Assembly: GCA_045863395.1 (NCBI GenBank) | Contig: BTVJ01000006.1 | Span: forward strand, 96,001 to 160,000 | Reading direction: 5' to 3' | Source: Myxococcales bacterium | GTDB lineage: Bacteria > Myxococcota_A > UBA9042 > JABWCM01 > BTVJ01 | DNA: 64,000 bases | Shown: positions 44,952 to 56,228 of the stretch, one piece after another | Layout: each line of letters starts with the position of its first letter | How positions within the stretch are numbered: position 1 is the stretch's first letter | The notes under the pieces: model-generated | Told to the model about the DNA's origin: nothing | What the model saw: the letters and a program-made list of their open reading frames with translations, nothing else | Databases searched by the model: none | Translations under genes and position numbers: made by a program

Positions 44952-47900
44952 CTACTTGCAGGCCGTGACCAGGTCGCAGGTCTTCCCGCTGCACTTGATG
45001 GGGCGCCCGACGCACTGGCCAGACCAGCAGCGGTCGTTGGACGTGCAGGCGTTGCCGTCGTCGCAGGCGCCGCTCACCGGCCTGCTCAGGCAGCCCATGG
45101 CGGCGTCGCACCAGTTCTTGGTGCAGGGGTTGCCGTCGTCGCACTGGGCGTTGCTCACGCACAGGGGTGCAGGCGCGCAGGCCGCGCTCGCCGTATGGGT
45201 GCACCCGCCGGCGACGCACGCGTCCACGGTGCAGGGGTCTCCGTCATCGCAAGAGAGCGCCGCGCCCTTGCAGACCCCGCCGGCACACGCATCCGCCGCG
45301 GTGCAGGCGTCCCCGTCGTCGCAGGCCGCGGAGTTGGCCGTGAAGACGCAGCCCTTGGCCGGGTCGCAGGAGTCGGTCGTGCAGGGGTTGCCGTCGTTGC
45401 AGGCCAGGGGGTTTCCGCCGCAGGACCCGGCGTCGCAGGTGTCTGCCACGGTGCAGGCGTCGCCGTCATTGCACAGGGCGCCGTTGTCGGTGTGGACGCA
45501 GCCCTTGGCGGGGTCGCAGGCGTCGGTGGTGCAGGGGTTGCCGTCGTCGCAGGCCGCTGCGCCGCCGCAGGCGACCGATGGCGGGGGCAGGGGAGCGTCC
45601 GTCTCGCTCAGCAGGTGGAAGGTGACGGTGGTCAGCGCCTGCTCCAGCACGGTGAACTCGGTCATCATCGGCAGCTCGAAGGCGTCGTTGAAGCGGCGCA
45701 GGACGGGCAGCGGGTCCACCGTGGTCCAGGTCCACGGGTAGTTGTTGGCGTCTGCCTGGGTCGCCGACTGGTATGGGTTGCCCTTGGACTGGTTGTGGTG
45801 CACGCCGAACAGGGGCAGGCCCGGCACCGGCTCGACGACGCCGTCGTACTCCGACTCCATGTCCAGCGGGTTCATGGGGTAGCGGGCGCCGACGCCGGTG
45901 ATGAACGACAGGGACAGGGGGTTGCTGCCGAGCTGCGCGTCGGCGTTGATGACGGCCAGGTCCCGGTATGCCTCGTTGCCGGTCAGCACATACGCCTGGA
46001 GCAGCGGGAAGGACGCCTTCGGGCCCATGGTGAACACGCCCCAGCCGATCCACTCGGGCACGTCGAGGCGGCTCCCGTTCATGTAGGGGTTCGACAGCGT
46101 GTAGTTCACGATGGCGTCTGCCTGGCTGATCAGCGCGGCCTTGATGGAGCTCGTGATGGACGCCGTCGTCGTGAAGGCGGTCCGCAGATAGGCCCAGTAG
46201 GCTCGCTTGTAGTGGTGCTGCCAGTCATTCCAGCCCCACTGGCTGCCGTTCGCCTGCCAGAGGGTCTCGAAGGCGGTCCGGTAGACCTGCTCGCCCGTCG
46301 TGCGATACAGCTCCGCGGCGGCCCACATACGGTTGTCCACGTCGTCCGACTCCGTGTACTCGCCGGTGCAGTTTCCAGGCGGGTTGACGGCGCCGCCCGC
46401 CGGGGTCGGGTTGGGGTAGGCCTGCAGGAAGGTCCACGCCTTCTTGGCCGCCGCCAGGTACTTGGCTGCCTGAACCGGGTCGTGTGTCTTGTAGACGCGC
46501 GCCGCCGCCGCCATCACGGCTGCGCCCGTGGCCGTGTCGTAGGTGGTCGACTCGTAGATGTAGCGCTGGACCTTCTCGGCCTCGGGCATGCCGTTGAACC
46601 AGCAGGCCGCGGTCACCTTGTGGGGGAACGCGCCGTCGCTGCGCATGATCTTGAGCATCCAGTCGATCTGGTAGCGCGCCTCGTCCAGCACGTCGGGGAC
46701 GCCGTTTCCGCTCTCCGGGATGTTCCACGCGCCGTCCACGAACTTCGACGGGTTCAGCTCGTAGCCCTCCAGGAGATACCAGACCGCCGCCACGCCCGTC
46801 GGCATGTACTTGCCGAAGTCTCCCGCGTCGTGCCACCCGCCCGACGCGTCGATCTTCGTCCCGACCTTCTCACCGCCGTAGAGCGGAGTGTTGGGGAGAG
46901 ACACGTCATAGGCCGCGTCATGGGTGGGGCTGTGGCAGAGTCCGCGCTCGTAGCCATCGTCCACGTGGGGCGCCACCAGCGCCGTGCCGCACCGCTGGTA
47001 GTAGAACGAGCGGCCGGTGGTGTAGGCGACCGAGTCGAGCACGTCCGCCCCGATACGGAAGGGGTCGGAGACGCCGATCCCCGGCACATAGGCGCGGTAG
47101 GTGCCCGGCTTCGAGAACGCGGTGAAGTCGAAGAGGTAGACGTCCTCGCCCGAGAGGCCCCAGTTGGCCGCGCGAAGCTCCAGGGGGGCCGTGAAGACCG
47201 TGACGCCCGAGTCCGCGTCGAAGAGCGTGACCGCGGGAGCAGGCTCCGGCAGGCGCAGCGCCCCGTAGGGGAGGGCGGCCACGGCGTTCATCGTGGTCGC
47301 CGGCTTGCTTGCCCACGGCCCCGCGAGCGTGTCCAGGGTCTGACCCACGCCCACCGCGAAGAGCCGCCGATTGTCGAGCCGCGAGATGGCGTGGATCGCC
47401 GCGGTCGTCGGGCTCGCCTCAGCCACGAACGGGTCGTTCCCGAACTTGGGGCGCTTCCAGAGGATGCCGCCGTCGCCCGACACCCAGACGCCACCCATGG
47501 AGTCCCAGGCGATGCCGCGCAGGGTCGCGGTGCTCGCCGGGCGCCCGGTCCAGGTCTTCCAGCTCCCCCACTGGAACGCGATGACGGTCCCGCCCGCACC
47601 CACCGCCCAGAGGCTCTCCTCGTGGGGCCCGTCGATGGCCAGCAGGTCCGACGTGGTGGGGGAGGACACCGCGGTCCACTTGCCGCCGCTCCACCGCAGG
47701 AGCGTGCCACCGTCGCCGACCGCCCACGCGCCGTCGTCTGCGCCCGCCCAGACCGCCCGCAGGGTCTTGGTCGTGGGCGTCGTGGTCTTGGTCCAGGTTC
47801 CGCCCACGTACCGCAGCGCCGTGCCGCCCGCGCCGACGGCCCACCCGATGCGCGACGGGCCGAACGCCACGCCGTAGAGGTGGGACGTGGTCTGGGACGG

Positions 47901-49094
47901 GGCGAGGCTCCACGAGGAGCCGTTCCACACCAGGACCGTGCCGTCGTCGCCGACCGCCAGGGCCAGGTGCTCGCTGGTGGCGGCCACGGAGTTGAGGCGC
48001 TTCGCGGTGGGGCTCGTGACGGGCTTCCAGCCGGCGTCCTTGTCCCAGGACGAGATCGCGCCACCGTCGCCCACGGACCACACCGCGCCGCCGGTGTCTC
48101 CCAGATACCCGGCCACGTAGCCCAGCTTCGGGCGGTTCGGCAGATAGCCGACCTGGTTCACCTTGATGACGGGGCTGGTGGTGGTCATGTCGTCCCAGGT
48201 GAAGGACAGGGTGGTCGGCTCGCAGGGGTTTCCGACCGTGTCCTTGATGCCCTTGACAGCCACGGAGTAGGTGTGGCCGGCCTTGAGCGGCGACGGAGGG
48301 CGGACGAAGACCATGTGGTCGTTGACGGGCTCGTCGCCCGGTCCGAAGTCCTTGAAGCGGATCTGGACGCCGGCCGCCAGCGGGGCCTTTCCACCCAGAT
48401 AGGCAGGGTCCGTGGTGCTCGTGATGGTGTAGTTGGACTTGTCGCGCGCCGTCTTCAGATCGAAGGACTCGCTCACCTCGACGCGGATCATGGACTCCGA
48501 CACCGGCCCGGCGCCCACGATGGCGGGCCCGTAGATGTCTCGTGCCGCCACGTCGTCCACGTACCAGGTGCGGTTCTGGGCGTCCTTGCCCCACACCAGG
48601 CGCTCCACGTTGCCGAGCTTCCACTCGGGGGTCGCGAGGGCCGCGATGGGGATGCGGACCAGCCTCCACGCCGTATCCAGCTTGCCGCCCTCGATGTAGT
48701 CCGAGACCTTGACCTCCTTGCCCAGGAAGTTCCAGGTGCGGACGTAGAACGTGGGGGCGCCGGCGTCGGCGGTCGCGGCGCGCATCTTGAACTCGAGCAC
48801 GTCGTAGGAGCTCAGGTCGCGGCGGGGCTGCCCCCCGCAGTAGAGGTTGTAGGCGGGGTTGTGCCAGGCGTCGGGCTTGAGCTGGAGCGCGTTGCCGCCG
48901 CCGACCCCGGCCCCAAGCGCCTGGACGGCGTACTCGGGGCAGGCGGTCCCGAGCACCGGGACGGAGCCGGTCTCGCCGTCGTAGAGGACGGTGTCACCCG
49001 CGGCGAGCGCTACGGTGGGCAGCGAGAGAGTGACCAGCGCGCCGAGCGCGGCGATCACACGGGTGCCCCAGGATGCAAGTCCACGTCGTGCCAT
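44952..49094 (-). CDS. Multidomain secreted glycoside hydrolase family 9 (CBM-like, Ig-like, inserted beta-propeller, GH9 catalytic domain, Cys-rich tail)
   Basis: Signal peptide; IKVNQVGYLP and FDFTAFSKPGTY (CelD N-Ig); FYYQRCG, DASGGWHDAGDFGKY, ESGNGVPDVLDEARY, WAAAELYRTTG, LGSNPLSLSFITGVG; CDDGNPCTTDxC repeats. Confidence 0.88.
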   Translation of the reverse strand: MARRGLASWGTRVIAALGALVTLSLPTVALAAGDTVLYDGETGSVPVLGTACPEYAVQALGAGVGGGNALQLKPDAWHNPAYNLYCGGQPRRDLSSYDVLEFKMRAATADAGAPTFYVRTWNFLGKEVKVSDYIEGGKLDTAWRLVRIPIAALATPEWKLGNVERLVWGKDAQNRTWYVDDVAARDIYGPAIVGAGPVSESMIRVEVSESFDLKTARDKSNYTITSTTDPAYLGGKAPLAAGVQIRFKDFGPGDEPVNDHMVFVRPPSPLKAGHTYSVAVKGIKDTVGNPCEPTTLSFTWDDMTTTSPVIKVNQVGYLPNRPKLGYVAGYLGDTGGAVWSVGDGGAISSWDKDAGWKPVTSPTAKRLNSVAATSEHLALAVGDDGTVLVWNGSSWSLAPSQTTSHLYGVAFGPSRIGWAVGAGGTALRYVGGTWTKTTTPTTKTLRAVWAGADDGAWAVGDGGTLLRWSGGKWTAVSSPTTSDLLAIDGPHEESLWAVGAGGTVIAFQWGSWKTWTGRPASTATLRGIAWDSMGGVWVSGDGGILWKRPKFGNDPFVAEASPTTAAIHAISRLDNRRLFAVGVGQTLDTLAGPWASKPATTMNAVAALPYGALRLPEPAPAVTLFDADSGVTVFTAPLELRAANWGLSGEDVYLFDFTAFSKPGTYRAYVPGIGVSDPFRIGADVLDSVAYTTGRSFYYQRCGTALVAPHVDDGYERGLCHSPTHDAAYDVSLPNTPLYGGEKVGTKIDASGGWHDAGDFGKYMPTGVAAVWYLLEGYELNPSKFVDGAWNIPESGNGVPDVLDEARYQIDWMLKIMRSDGAFPHKVTAACWFNGMPEAEKVQRYIYESTTYDTATGAAVMAAAARVYKTHDPVQAAKYLAAAKKAWTFLQAYPNPTPAGGAVNPPGNCTGEYTESDDVDNRMWAAAELYRTTGEQVYRTAFETLWQANGSQWGWNDWQHHYKRAYWAYLRTAFTTTASITSSIKAALISQADAIVNYTLSNPYMNGSRLDVPEWIGWGVFTMGPKASFPLLQAYVLTGNEAYRDLAVINADAQLGSNPLSLSFITGVGARYPMNPLDMESEYDGVVEPVPGLPLFGVHHNQSKGNPYQSATQADANNYPWTWTTVDPLPVLRRFNDAFELPMMTEFTVLEQALTTVTFHLLSETDAPLPPPSVACGGAAACDDGNPCTTDACDPAKGCVHTDNGALCNDGDACTVADTCDAGSCGGNPLACNDGNPCTTDSCDPAKGCVFTANSAACDDGDACTAADACAGGVCKGAALSCDDGDPCTVDACVAGGCTHTASAACAPAPLCVSNAQCDDGNPCTKNWCDAAMGCLSRPVSGACDDGNACTSNDRCWSGQCVGRPIKCSGKTCDLVTACK

Positions 49095-49217
49095 ATGCAG
49101 TGTCTCCGTAGGTCTGGTGAGAGAGCCCGGGACTCCGGGCGTGCACACGGGGAGGTGACGGGAGGCAGGGGCGGTTCTGTCGGGGCGTGGGTTACAAAGG
49201 GGGGCGGGCCACTGGGG

Positions 49218-50312
49218 TCACAGCCACCGCTTCCGCCGGAACCACGCGAGCATCGCCAGCGCCAGTGCGCCCATGCCGAGCATCACGGCGGGGTAACCGT
49301 AAGCCCACTCGGTCTCAGGCATGTTCCAAGGTGACACCTTGGAGTCGAAGTTCATGCCGTAGACCCCCGCCACGAAGGTCAGCGGGATGAAGATGGTCGC
49401 GATGACCGTGAGCACCCGCATGACGTCGTTCATACGGTTGCTGGTCATGGACATGTGGGTCTCCATGAGGCTCGTCCCCAGGTCTCGGTAGGTCTCCACC
49501 AGGTCCATGATTTGGACGCAGTGGTCGTGGCAGTCCCGCAGGTAGACGGCCGTGTCGGGGTGAAAGGCAGTGGCGGACTCCCGGAGCAGGGCTGCCACCG
49601 CGTCCCGCAGCGGGTAGACGGCGCGGCGCATGAGCCGCAGGTCCTGCTTCACCTCGTGGATCCGCTGGATCATCTCTGGGTCGTGGCCGCTCAGGAGCTC
49701 CTCCTCCAGGGCGTCGAGCCTGTCGCCGTAGCGCTCCAGCACGGGGAACCAGGCGTCGATCAGCGCGTCGAGGAGCATGTAGGCGAGCCAGTCGGCCCCG
49801 GACGTGCGCGCGCGCCCCTTGCCGTGGCGGATCCGGTCCCGCACGGCGTCGAACACGTCGCCGGGCAGCTCCTGGAAGGTCAGCACGAAGCCGGGGCCCA
49901 GGAACATGCTCCACTGCTCGCTCTCGAGCCGCTCGCCCACCAGCTCGATCATGCGCGCCACGATGAAGAGGCGGTCGGCGTAGGGCTCCACCTTGGCCCG
50001 CTGGTGCACGTGGACCACATCCTCCAGGGCGAGGTGGTGGAGGCCGAAGATCTCGCCGACCTGCTGAATCACCGCGGCGTCCCCGAGGCCAGCCACGTCC
50101 AGCCAGACGACCGGCACCTTGCCGAGCCAGGTGCGCACCTCCGCGGGGCTCTTCAGCGAGCGCTCCTCCACGGTGTCGGGACCGAAGGCGAGCAGGCTCA
50201 GGACGGGCCGCGGCGCCTCGGGGTCGATGACCAGCGTCCCCGGCGGGCTGCCCGGTGGGGTGGGGTGCCTGTCCTGCTTGCGCTTGCGCCTGACGGGGGC
50301 CTTTCGGACCAT
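49218..50312 (-). CDS. corA: Magnesium/cobalt transporter CorA
   Basis: PGSPPGTL, FGLHHLALED..QRAKVE, LTFQE, MNDVMRVLTVIATIFIPLTFVAGVYGMNF (GMN motif), MPE.W..GYP. Confidence 0.95.
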   Translation of the reverse strand: MVRKAPVRRKRKQDRHPTPPGSPPGTLVIDPEAPRPVLSLLAFGPDTVEERSLKSPAEVRTWLGKVPVVWLDVAGLGDAAVIQQVGEIFGLHHLALEDVVHVHQRAKVEPYADRLFIVARMIELVGERLESEQWSMFLGPGFVLTFQELPGDVFDAVRDRIRHGKGRARTSGADWLAYMLLDALIDAWFPVLERYGDRLDALEEELLSGHDPEMIQRIHEVKQDLRLMRRAVYPLRDAVAALLRESATAFHPDTAVYLRDCHDHCVQIMDLVETYRDLGTSLMETHMSMTSNRMNDVMRVLTVIATIFIPLTFVAGVYGMNFDSKVSPWNMPETEWAYGYPAVMLGMGALALAMLAWFRRKRWL

Positions 50313-50425
50313 CGCTCGCCTCCTCAAGTCGTGGCCCCGCAAGGGTCGCACGGATCCCCGTCACCGGCAACGACCGGAGCCCGTTGACTCACCGCGTCAA
50401 GCATGTTACGGAGGCCGACTGAGAG

Positions 50426-50439
50426 TGAATGGCCATTCA
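50426..50439. promoter_or_regulatory. Perfect 14-bp palindrome TGAATGGCCATTCA, candidate operator for the beta-oxidation operon
   Basis: Lies 17 nt upstream of the fadN ATG. AT-rich in a GC-rich background; its TGAATG/CATTCA half-sites resemble TetR-type FadR boxes. Confidence 0.5.
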
Positions 50440-50456
50440 TTTCGGCGGAGGAAGAC

Positions 50457-52850
50457 ATGGCAGAGGCAATCCGGAAGGTGGCGGTCCTCGGGGCCGGCGT
50501 GATGGGGAGCGGCATCGCCGCACACCTCGCGAGCGTCGGCATCCCTGTGATCATGCTCGACATCGTCCCGCGGGAGCTCACCCCCGACGAGCAGGCGAAG
50601 GGGCTGACGCTGGCGTCGCCCGCCGTGCGCAACCGCTTTGCCCTCGGCGGCGTCCAGGCGGCCCTCAAGGCGAAGCCCGCGGCCTTCAGCTCCCCGAAGT
50701 TCGCGCGGCTCATCACGGCGGGCAACCTGGAGGACGACCTGCACCGGGTCGCCGAGGTGGACTGGATCGTCGAGGTGGTCAAAGAGGACCTGGCCGTCAA
50801 GCGCGCCCTGTTCGAGAAGGTGCGCGCCCACCGGCGTGAAGGGACGCCCATCACGTCCAACACGTCCGGGATCCCCATCGCCGCCATGGTGGAGGGCGCC
50901 CCGGAGGAGTTCCGCAAGTGCTTCTTCGTGACGCACTTCTTCAACCCCGTGCGCTACATGAAGCTCCTGGAGCTGGTCACCGGCGTGGACACGGACCCCG
51001 GCGTGGTCGCCCGCTTCGCCCGCTTTGGCGAGCGCGTGCTGGGCAAGGGCATCGTCTACGGCAAGGACACGCCGAACTTCGTCGGCAACCGCATCGGCAT
51101 CTTCGGCATGCTGGCGACCATCGAGACCATGCTCGCGGACGGCTACGCGGTGGACGAGGTGGACGCCATCGTCGGGCCGCCCATGGGCCGCCCGAAGAGC
51201 GCCGCCTTCCGCACGGCGGACCTGGTCGGCCTCGACACCTTCGTTCACGTCGCCAACAACGTCTACGAGGCGCTGCCCACGGACGAGGAGCGCGCCACCT
51301 TCAAGCCGCCGGCCTTCGTCGAAAAGATGATCGCCAAGGGGTGGCTCGGCGACAAGAAGGGCCAGGGCTTCTACAAGAAAGAGAAGAGCGCCGCGGGCAA
51401 GACCATCCTGGTGCTGGACCCGGCCACCCTGGAGTACCGCCCGTCCCAGAAGATCGACATCCCGTCCATCAAGAAGTCCAAGGGCATCGAGGACGTGGGC
51501 AAGCGCCTGAAGATGATCGTCAACGCCGATGACCGGGCGGGCAAGTTCGCGTGGAAGGTGCTCTCGCGGTCGCTGGTCTACTCCGCCAACCGCCTGCCCG
51601 AGATCGCGGACGACGTCGTGAACATCGACCGCGCCATGCGCTGGGGCTTCGCCTGGGACCAGGGCCCCTTCGAGGCGTGGGACGCCATCGGCGTGGCCGA
51701 GTCCGTCGCGCGCATGGAGGCGGACGGCCTGACGGTGCCCGCGTTCGCGAAGCTGGCGGCCGAGAAGGGCGGATTCTACAAGAGCGAGGCCGGGGAGCGC
51801 TTCTTCCTGACCCTGGCGGGGGAGTGGGCGCCCGTGCCAAAGGCCCCCGAGGCAATCGTCCTCGCCGACCGCAAGGCCAAGGTGGGCGTCGTCAAGAAGA
51901 ACGGCGGCGCGAGCTTCATCGATCTCGGCGAGGGCGTCGCCTGCCTCGAGTTCCACACCAAGATGAACGCCATCGATGGGGACATCGGGAACATGATGGC
52001 CTTCGCCATCGAGGAGGCGGAGCGCAACTGGAAGGGCGTCGTCATCGGCAACGACGGCGGAAACTTCTCGGCGGGCGCCAACCTGATGCTGCTCGTGATG
52101 CTCGCCCAGCAGAAGAAGTGGGACGACATCCGCACCATGGTGACCGGCTTCCAGAAGGCTTGCCTCCAGCTCGCGCGGTGCAACGTGCCGGTGGTGTCGG
52201 CCCCCTTCGGCCTGACGCTGGGCGGCGGCGCCGAGGTGACCATGGCGGCGGACCGGGTGCAGGCCGCGGCGGAGACCTACATGGGCCTCGTCGAGGTGGG
52301 CGCCGGCCTGATCCCCGGCGGCGGAGGCACGCGCATGATGCTCCAGCGCATGCTGGAGGGCATCCCAGACGGCACCGAGGTCGGGAGCTTCCCGTTCGTG
52401 CGCAAGGCCTTCGAGATCATCGGCATGGCGAAGGTCGCCACCAGCGCCGCCGAGGCGAAGGACATCGGCTACCTGCGGGCCGGCGACGGCATCACCCAGA
52501 ACCGGGAGCACCTGCTCTTCGACGCGCGGACGGCCGTGCTGCGCATGGCCGACAACTACCGGCCCGCGCTGCCGTTCCAGTACAAGCTGCCCGGCGAGAG
52601 CGCGTTCGCGGCCCTGAAGCTCGGCCTGTTCCAGTGGGTGCAGTCGGGCGTGATCAGCGCCCACGACGCGCTGATCGGCGAGAAGCTGGCCTACGTGTTG
52701 ACCGGGGGGGCGGCGACCCCGACCCAGCCGGTCAGCGACGAGTACCTCCTGGAGCTGGAGGCCGAGGCCTTCCTCTCGCTGTGCGGCGAGGAGAAGAGCC
52801 AGGCGAGGATGCAGGCGCTGCTCACGACGGGCAAGCCGCTGCGGAACTGA
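50457..52850 (+). CDS. fadN: 3-hydroxyacyl-CoA dehydrogenase / enoyl-CoA hydratase fusion (FadN-type)
   Basis: [44 protein letters not shown], then a crotonase domain ([29 protein letters not shown]), ending GKPLRN. Confidence 0.92.
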   Translation: MAEAIRKVAVLGAGVMGSGIAAHLASVGIPVIMLDIVPRELTPDEQAKGLTLASPAVRNRFALGGVQAALKAKPAAFSSPKFARLITAGNLEDDLHRVAEVDWIVEVVKEDLAVKRALFEKVRAHRREGTPITSNTSGIPIAAMVEGAPEEFRKCFFVTHFFNPVRYMKLLELVTGVDTDPGVVARFARFGERVLGKGIVYGKDTPNFVGNRIGIFGMLATIETMLADGYAVDEVDAIVGPPMGRPKSAAFRTADLVGLDTFVHVANNVYEALPTDEERATFKPPAFVEKMIAKGWLGDKKGQGFYKKEKSAAGKTILVLDPATLEYRPSQKIDIPSIKKSKGIEDVGKRLKMIVNADDRAGKFAWKVLSRSLVYSANRLPEIADDVVNIDRAMRWGFAWDQGPFEAWDAIGVAESVARMEADGLTVPAFAKLAAEKGGFYKSEAGERFFLTLAGEWAPVPKAPEAIVLADRKAKVGVVKKNGGASFIDLGEGVACLEFHTKMNAIDGDIGNMMAFAIEEAERNWKGVVIGNDGGNFSAGANLMLLVMLAQQKKWDDIRTMVTGFQKACLQLARCNVPVVSAPFGLTLGGGAEVTMAADRVQAAAETYMGLVEVGAGLIPGGGGTRMMLQRMLEGIPDGTEVGSFPFVRKAFEIIGMAKVATSAAEAKDIGYLRAGDGITQNREHLLFDARTAVLRMADNYRPALPFQYKLPGESAFAALKLGLFQWVQSGVISAHDALIGEKLAYVLTGGAATPTQPVSDEYLLELEAEAFLSLCGEEKSQARMQALLTTGKPLRN

Positions 52851-52912
52851 TGACCGCGGGGGCCCTCGGCACAGCGCCGGGCGGCCCCCCGTACCAAATC
52901 AGGAGACGAACC

Positions 52913-54088
<1,176 letters not shown>

Positions 54089-54117
54089 GGCGTCAGGCCG
54101 CGCGGGCGGCGCCCACT

Positions 54118-54227
54118 TTTGCGTCGCCGTGCCTCCGTGTGGTAGCAATTCGCGCCGCTACCGCACGGAGGAGCCATGTTCGAGATCCTGACCCGCATGC
54201 TCAAGCCCGGGATCCACGTCCGCAGCG
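54118..54227 (+). repeat. 110-bp direct repeat, copy 1 (hairpin + RBS + first ~17 codons of orfX; truncated stub)
   Basis: Matches 56119-56228 with 4 mismatches by manual alignment. Confidence 0.9.
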
Positions 54228-54500
54228 CCTCGTCACCCGCGGAGCATGTGGCCCGAGATTGGAGGCATTCGTGTGGATCCACGCCATTCCAGGGTAGCGT
54301 ACCACGCGGGGGTTGATCCTGGGCACCCACCCGAAATGAGCTGGCCGCGCGAGGCGATGTCACCAGCCCCCGGAGGGGACCGAAGCATGGAAGAGATGCG
54401 CGACCCCTTCCCCGACAGCCCAATGGCAGAGAGTCGGGGCCATGGGTCGGCGCTGCGCCGGACGGGGCCAAGGGAGGACGAGGGACCAGCACCGTCAGAT

Positions 54501-55565
54501 ATGCCAACGGTGAACGAGTCTGTGCGCGAATGCCTTGACCGACACATGAGGGAGCAAGCCAGGCGACCGCTGTTTCTCCATGGAGAGTGTCGCCGCGTGC
54601 TGGCCGAGTTCCCCGCAGAGTTCGTGGACTGTGTGGTCACGTCCCCACCGTATTGGGGACACCGCCAGTATGCGGGTGGCGGCATCGGGCAAGAGCCGAC
54701 TTGCGAGGAGTATGTCGATCATCTGGTCGAGGTGTTCCGGGAGCTTCATCGAGTCCTCAAGCCGGCTGGATCCATTTGGCTGAATATCGGGGACTCCTAT
54801 CACAAGAAGAACCTACGAGGTGTCCCGTGGCGGGTGGCGCTGGCAGTCTGCGACCGCATCGGCCTCACGCTGCGAAACGACGTGATCTGGAACAAGGTGA
54901 AGGGTGGCCCTGACAATGCGCTCGACAAGCTGCGCAACGTCCACGAGCATGTATTCCACTTCGTGAAGCAGCCGAGAGGTTATTTCTACGACGTCGCCGC
55001 CATTCGGACGTCTCCCAAGCAGGCGCGGGTGGTCAATGGCGCCGTCGTGTCGGCCACGGGCGTTACCGGAGTGAGGTACGAGCGGCAGATCGAGCTGTCC
55101 ACGGAACTGACTGAAACGGAGAAAGACAACGCTCGTGCCCAGCTCCGCTCAATTCTGGAGGACATCCGCCTCGGCAAGCTCGCCGATTTTCGAATGGTGA
55201 TTCGGGGCCAGCAGCGGGCGACCCACTCCGACTCAGAGAAGGTCTCCGGAAGGGCGAAGGAGCTCCAGCACAAGGGTTTCTACTTCTTGAGGTATCACCC
55301 GGACGGAGCCAAGCCGGGAGACGTCTGGGACATCCTTCCCGAAGATACGCAGGGACGGACCGCGCACTTTGCGCCGTTCCCCGCCGATCTGTGCCGGATC
55401 CCGATAAGCGCCACCTGTCCGCCGGACGGCCTCGTTCTTGATCCGTTTTGTGGAACGGGCACGGCGCTGCTCGTGGCGCTCCAGATGGGTCGGCGCTCCG
55501 TGGGGATCGACCTGTCGGCAGACTACATCGAGTTCGCAGAGAAGCGATGCGCGGTGTTGTTGTGA
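54501..55565 (+). CDS. Site-specific DNA methyltransferase, beta class (N4-cytosine-like SPPY); no cognate endonuclease seen
   Basis: Motif IV VVTSPPY precedes motif I LDPFCGTGT; also LKPAGSIWLNIGDSY, LRNDVIWNK, HEHVFHF, HFAPFP. Visibly more A/T at codon third positions than neighbouring genes. Start uncertain (54501 chosen). Confidence 0.9.
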   Translation: MPTVNESVRECLDRHMREQARRPLFLHGECRRVLAEFPAEFVDCVVTSPPYWGHRQYAGGGIGQEPTCEEYVDHLVEVFRELHRVLKPAGSIWLNIGDSYHKKNLRGVPWRVALAVCDRIGLTLRNDVIWNKVKGGPDNALDKLRNVHEHVFHFVKQPRGYFYDVAAIRTSPKQARVVNGAVVSATGVTGVRYERQIELSTELTETEKDNARAQLRSILEDIRLGKLADFRMVIRGQQRATHSDSEKVSGRAKELQHKGFYFLRYHPDGAKPGDVWDILPEDTQGRTAHFAPFPADLCRIPISATCPPDGLVLDPFCGTGTALLVALQMGRRSVGIDLSADYIEFAEKRCAVLL

Positions 55566-55645
55566 CAAGAGCGGTGGATCGTTTCAATGGGTGCTGATGG
55601 TCGATGCCCGGAACTTGACTGCCCACCTGCCCGCCATGGCCGCGG

Positions 55646-56100
55646 CAATCGAGGAGAGGGTCCACGATTGATGCAGTCATCGCCAGGCGGTCCGCACCGC
55701 GGTCGGGCGCGCATACACAGGGCGGTGCGCCGCGGGCTGTCGGACGATCTGCCGGCGCACGACCCTCATGGAGCGTTCAGCCGCGCCGAGGCATTCGACC
55801 CGGCGTGTATCGTCGGCGTCCGCCTCGGCATGGCCGACTGCATGGGGTGGACGGACCTCATGGGCGATCACGACGAGACGCCGCGGAGCGACACGAGGCT
55901 GGTGAGGCTTGCGAAGATTGCGCCGGCCTTCGACGCCGGGGCCGCGGTGACGCTGGGTAACAGCTCGCCGCTCGGCGGCGGTGGGGCGGCGGTCATCGCG
56001 AGGCGGGCAGCCTCGCGTTGATGGTGAACCTCGATTCACTCGCCGTGTTCTGCGGCTTCCACGTGGCGGGCGTGAGCCCGGACATCCAGGGCAACGTCGG
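55646..56100 (+). pseudogene. Decayed, internally deleted copy of fadA
   Basis: gcagtcatcg..ggcggtccgcaccgcggtcgggcgcgc matches the fadA 5' end (start ATG appears as ACG). cgacgagacgccgcgg, aacagctcgccgctc and cccggacatc match fadA ~53516-53780. Frameshifts and stops present. Confidence 0.85.
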
Positions 56101-56118
56101 GGTGGCGTGGCGCTCCTC

Positions 56119-56228
56119 TTTGCGTCGCCGTGCCTCCGTGTGGTAGCAATCCGCGCCGCTACCGCACGGAGGAGCCATGTTCGAGATCCTGACCCGCATG
56201 TTGAAGCCCGAGATCCACGTCCGCAGCG
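56119..56228 (+). repeat. 110-bp direct repeat, copy 2 (leader and 5' end of intact orfX)
   Basis: Matches 54118-54227 at an offset of 2001 bp. Confidence 0.9.

Noticed and set aside
51551..52912. Apparent 845-aa thiolase fusion ORF; similarly 39804-40523 ahead of the isochorismatase fusion and 2807-3277 ahead of the POT transporter
   Set aside because: These upstream extensions overlap real genes in other frames or strands. RBS-ATG starts exist at 52913 and 40524, and 3278 is a coupled ATGA start.
54246..54500. 85-codon N-terminal extension of the methyltransferase ORF
   Set aside because: The translation is low-information and part of the region looks like decayed orfX sequence. MTase homology starts only near PLFLHGEC.
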